Shown here: piece by piece, positions 60,675-64,000 of the stretch
Layout: each line of letters opens with the position of its first letter
How positions within the stretch are numbered: the stretch's first letter is position 1
The notes under the pieces: model-generated
Seen by the model: the letters and a program-made list of their open reading frames with translations, nothing else
Told to the model about the DNA's origin: nothing
Databases searched by the model: none
Program-made: the position numbers and the translations under genes
Source: Ilumatobacteraceae bacterium
GTDB lineage: Bacteria > Actinomycetota > Acidimicrobiia > Acidimicrobiales > Ilumatobacteraceae
Reading direction: 5' to 3'
DNA length: 64,000 bases
Assembly: GCA_044867195.1 (NCBI GenBank)
Contig: JBIOUO010000009.1
Coordinates: 297-64,296 of the forward strand

Positions 60675-62171
60675 TTGAGGAAACGTAATCTCAGCAGGCT
60701 ATTCGTGGCGTCGATGGCGCTCGCGCTCGTCGCCGCGGCATGCGGTGACGATGACGACGACGGCGGCGCCACCAGCGAGGCGGGAGCCGAGACGGCCGCG
60801 CCGGCCGGCACGGGGGGCGCGGCCACGACCGCGGCCTCGGCGGCGACGGAGGGCGGCGCGACGACCGAACCTGGTGCCACGACCGGGAGCGAGGGCACGA
60901 CCGGTGGCGGTGAGGCCGCCGCCGGCACCATCCCGCCCGGGGGCACCGACAGCGCCGATCTCGGGGCGTTCAAGCTCGGCGTGATCAACTCCAACGACCT
61001 CTTCCCTGAGTATTCGCAGGCGATGGAAGCCGCGGTCGAGTACGCCAACGCCGAGCTCAACGGGCTCGAGGGTCGACAGATCGAGATGCAGGTCTGCACG
61101 ATCGACTACAACACTCCTGACGACACCCAGCGTTGCGCCAACGAGTTGGCCGCGGCGCAGGTCGACTTCGCCGTGTCGACGCTGAACCAGTTCGGCACGC
61201 ACATGCAGATCCTCCGCGGGGCCGGGATCCCGGTGCTTGTCGGCACCGCGGTCTCGGTGCCCGACTACACCACCGAGGGCGTGTACTCGATCTCGCCGGG
61301 CGGTGGCTGCGCCGGCACCCTGACGGCGCTGGCCAAGTACGCCGTCCAGGAGCTCGATGCCAAGCGTGTCGCCGTGCCCTACTACGACATCCCTTCGGGC
61401 GTGCTGTGCTATGCCGACAGCGAGCAGAAGCCGCTCGACGTGCTGAAGGGCACCGTCGAGGAAGCGACCTCGCCCGATGCCGGCTCGGTGCCCGACCTCG
61501 AGCGAGAGGGGATCGCCGTGCCGCCGACCGACCCGGACCTGACGTCGGTCGCCAACCAGATCCTGGCGTTTGATCCGGACGCCATCATCTTCTCCGGCCC
61601 GACGACGTCGTGCTTCCCGCTGCTCGCAGCGCTCAACAGCGTGGGCTACTCGGTGGACGAGATCCCGTTCCTCATGTCGACATCGTGCTTCGACCCGGCG
61701 GCGGCCGAGGACGCCGGGGACAACGCCGTCGGCGTCTACTTCATCGGGTCGGGGGGGTACCTCACGCGTGACCCGGCCGAGCTCGAGGGCGCCCAGGCGC
61801 AGGAGGCCGCGCTGTATCAGGAGAAGGCCGCCGAGTTCGGGGTTACGCCGGAGAACCTCTCGAAGAACTTCGCCCAGCAGGGCTTCACGCTGGTCATGAG
61901 CATGGTCCAGCGGGCCGCCGAAGTTGCCGCCAACGGTGACCAGGTCGACGGCACCACACTGGCCGAGGCATTTGCTGCGACCGAGGACTCGCCGCAGTTC
62001 GGCAGCTCGCCGATCTCCTGCTCGTCCGCACCGCCCCCGTACATCGCGGTGTGCAACCGCAACGTCAACGTCACACAGTGGGACGGCACGGAGCAAGCAC
62101 CGATCGTTGCCGACTACTACGCGATGGACCTGCTCGACGGCACGGAGATCCGCACGGAGCCGATCGACTGA
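60675..62171 (+). CDS. ABC transporter substrate-binding lipoprotein (LivJ / Peripla_BP_6-like)
   Basis: In-frame part of ORF 60156..62171, from TTG 60675, which is preceded by AGGGGGGG. Lipobox LVAAAC followed by a Gly/Thr/Ala-rich linker, then LGVINSN..., with a LivJ-like length. Confidence 0.85.
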   Translation: MRKRNLSRLFVASMALALVAAACGDDDDDGGATSEAGAETAAPAGTGGAATTAASAATEGGATTEPGATTGSEGTTGGGEAAAGTIPPGGTDSADLGAFKLGVINSNDLFPEYSQAMEAAVEYANAELNGLEGRQIEMQVCTIDYNTPDDTQRCANELAAAQVDFAVSTLNQFGTHMQILRGAGIPVLVGTAVSVPDYTTEGVYSISPGGGCAGTLTALAKYAVQELDAKRVAVPYYDIPSGVLCYADSEQKPLDVLKGTVEEATSPDAGSVPDLEREGIAVPPTDPDLTSVANQILAFDPDAIIFSGPTTSCFPLLAALNSVGYSVDEIPFLMSTSCFDPAAAEDAGDNAVGVYFIGSGGYLTRDPAELEGAQAQEAALYQEKAAEFGVTPENLSKNFAQQGFTLVMSMVQRAAEVAANGDQVDGTTLAEAFAATEDSPQFGSSPISCSSAPPPYIAVCNRNVNVTQWDGTEQAPIVADYYAMDLLDGTEIRTEPID

Positions 62172-62283
62172 GTGCGCGTTGAGGCTCGTGGGGCCGGGCC
62201 GGACCACCGGCTCGGCCCCACGCGCCGCCGTCTACTGTGATCGCCAGTCCGGCCGCTGATGAGGGGGCGAAAGGGGGGTTTCG

Positions 62284-64000
62284 GTGAACGACATCATCTT
62301 CTACCTCGTCGCCGGCATCGGCATCGGCTCGCTGTACGCCTTGCTGGGCACCGGCCTGGTGGTCGTCTACAAGGGTTCCGGGGTCATCAACTTCGCCCAG
62401 GGGGCGATGGCCATGTACGGCATGGCCACGTTCCACTACGCGTGGAACAACGGCGTGATCGCCCTGCCATGGGTCGACATCCTTCCGACATCGTCGCTGA
62501 ACCTGCCGGTGCACATCACGATCAGCGACTCCGGCGAGGTGCCGATGGGCGTGGCCCTCGTGATCGCCCTGGCGATGGCCGCGCTGATCGGCCTCGGCGC
62601 CCACTTCCTCGTCTTCCGCCCCCTGCGCCATGCCGCGCCGCTCGGGAAGGTCGTCGCCTCGCTCGGGCTCGCGCTCTATCTGCAGGGCGTGGCGCTGCTC
62701 AACTTCGGCACCAGCTACCCGACGCCCAAGTCGATCTATCCCAATCCCAACTCGGCGTTCACGAACTTCCTCGGCCTCGGTAGCCCGTTCCCGCGCAACA
62801 GCCTGTTCGCCTTCTTCGCCGCGGTCATCCTCGGCGCCGTCGTCTGGGCCGTCTACAAGTTCACCCGCTTCGGCATGGCCACGCGGGCGGCCGCGAGCAA
62901 CGAGAAAGGCGCCGTCCTGCTCGGCTACTCGCCGCAGCGCCTGGCGGCGACGAACTGGGTCGCCGCGTCGATGCTCGTCACGTTCGCCGCGATCCTCGTC
63001 GGCCCGATCCAGGGACCGATCACTCCCGTCGGGTTGACAGCGCTGATCGTGCCCGCCCTCGCCGCCGCGCTGATCGGCAACCTCAAGTCGGTACCGATCA
63101 CGATGATCGGCGGCCTCGCGCTCGGCATGGCGAACTCACTGCTGCGCGAGCGCGCCGACGAGTGGTTCGACTGGACCCGCATCCAGCGCGGGATCGTCTC
63201 CGCGCTGCCGCTGATCGTGATCATCGCCGTGCTGTTCTTGCGCGGCCGGTCGTTGCCGGTCCGGGGGGCGGTCGAGGAGCAACGGCTGCCGCTGTCGCCC
63301 TACCCCGTGCGCGTTGGCCAGCACGTCGTCGTGTGGATGACGGTCGCCGTGTTCTTCGCCTACGTGTTCGAGAACAGCGGCATCCGCACCGTCTTCGCCG
63401 GGGCCATCCAGACCTCGCTGGTGTTCGTGATCGTCATGCTCTCGCTCGTCGTGCTCACGGGCTACACCGGCCAGATCTCGCTGATGCAGATGTCGCTCGC
63501 CGGTGTCGCGGCGTTCTTCATGGCCCGGATGATGGCCAACGGCGAGGGCCAGGGCACGAATCTCACTGCGGTCGCCGGCCCCGGTCTGCCGTGGCCGGTC
63601 GCCGCACTGGCCGGAATCGCGGTCGCCGTTCTCGTCGGGCTGCTACTCGGCCTCCCCGCCGTGCGCATCCGCGGCGTGCAGCTGGCCGTCGTCACGATCG
63701 CCGCGGCGATCACGATCCAGGACGTGTACCTCGACAACGACAAGTTGACCGGGCTCGTGTCGGGCTCGCCGGCGAACGTCACCGTGCCGACGTTCTTCGG
63801 TATCGACATCGGCGCTCGCAGCGAGCGATCGCAGAACGACAATCCCAAGTTCGTGATCTTCGAGATGGTCGTGCTGGTCGTGCTCGCCGTGATGATCGCC
63901 AACCTCCGCCGTTCGGGGCTCGGCCGGCGGTTCCTCTCGGTGCGCGCCAACGAGCGGGCCGCGGCGGCCGCCGGGATCAACGTCGCCCGCACCAAGCTGC
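62284..64000 (+). CDS. branched-chain-amino-acid-type ABC permease, fused LivH-like plus LivM-like domains (partial; continues beyond the right edge)
   Basis: Absent from the ORF track (GTG start at 62284, no stop before 64000). I translated the frame by hand with no stop: VNDIIFYLVAGIGIGSLYALLGTGLVVVYKGSGVINFAQGA... (LivH-like). It continues through ...LFLRGRSLPVRG into ...VMLSLVVLTGYTGQISLMQMSLAGVAAF...LSVRANERAAAAAGINV (LivM-like). Confidence 0.85.
   Translation, partial: MNDIIFYLVAGIGIGSLYALLGTGLVVVYKGSGVINFAQGAMAMYGMATFHYAWNNGVIALPWVDILPTSSLNLPVHITISDSGEVPMGVALVIALAMAALIGLGAHFLVFRPLRHAAPLGKVVASLGLALYLQGVALLNFGTSYPTPKSIYPNPNSAFTNFLGLGSPFPRNSLFAFFAAVILGAVVWAVYKFTRFGMATRAAASNEKGAVLLGYSPQRLAATNWVAASMLVTFAAILVGPIQGPITPVGLTALIVPALAAALIGNLKSVPITMIGGLALGMANSLLRERADEWFDWTRIQRGIVSALPLIVIIAVLFLRGRSLPVRGAVEEQRLPLSPYPVRVGQHVVVWMTVAVFFAYVFENSGIRTVFAGAIQTSLVFVIVMLSLVVLTGYTGQISLMQMSLAGVAAFFMARMMANGEGQGTNLTAVAGPGLPWPVAALAGIAVAVLVGLLLGLPAVRIRGVQLAVVTIAAAITIQDVYLDNDKLTGLVSGSPANVTVPTFFGIDIGARSERSQNDNPKFVIFEMVVLVVLAVMIANLRRSGLGRRFLSVRANERAAAAAGINVARTKL

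Overview
High-GC (about 70%) chromosomal segment, most likely from an Actinomycetota genome. Supporting this: F420/LLM-type enzymes, GAF-ANTAR regulators, a bL37-type small ribosomal protein gene, and many GTG starts with 4-nt gene overlaps. All calls come from reading the ORF-track translations and the nucleotide sequence by eye; no searches were run, so family names rest on recognised motifs. I call about 60 protein genes, one tRNA-Leu(UAA), and no rRNA, CRISPR array, transposase, integrase or prophage genes. Main blocks: (i) 1-8.8 kb, mixed housekeeping and metabolism (PAP2, GH1, SUOX-like fusion, corA, vapBC, ychF). (ii) 9.2-17.5 kb, a glucuronide/hexuronate cluster (uxaC, uxuB-like, FGGY kinase, uidA, LarA-like). 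It lacks the canonical dehydratase/KDG branch, is bracketed by direct repeats of a DUF3291 gene, and is peppered with gene remnants. (iii) 18.5-27.5 kb, housekeeping (PHP protein, GPx, bL37, prolyl oligopeptidase, prfC). (iv) 27.5-31.6 kb, a tRNA-Leu-adjacent accessory stretch with two PIN toxin-antitoxin modules (one antitoxin interrupted by TGA), an SPFH pair and an amphi-Trp protein. (v) 33-38.5 kb, LuxR-type STAND regulator, AAA ATPase and O-methyltransferase. (vi) 39-46.5 kb, DEAD-box helicase, acyl-CoA desaturase, two GAF-ANTAR proteins plus STAS, and a cold-shock protein. (vii) 48-54 kb, MpaB/DUF2236-like operon divergent from an adenylate cyclase-ATPase-TPR protein. (viii) 54-60.5 kb, an oxidative cluster with a natural Baeyer-Villiger monooxygenase-esterase fusion, P450, LLM and SDR enzymes. 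(ix) 60.7 kb to the end, a Liv-type ABC importer with a fused LivH-LivM permease. Non-genic structure: two families of long palindromic intergenic elements, each at two convergent gene junctions. There are also several short direct-repeat arrays in promoter regions and a 17-nt identical core motif at two loci. The strongest candidate for new biology is the predicted mannonate-to-gluconate bypass (LarA-family epimerase plus gluconokinase-like kinase) in the hexuronate cluster. It is an inference and needs testing.
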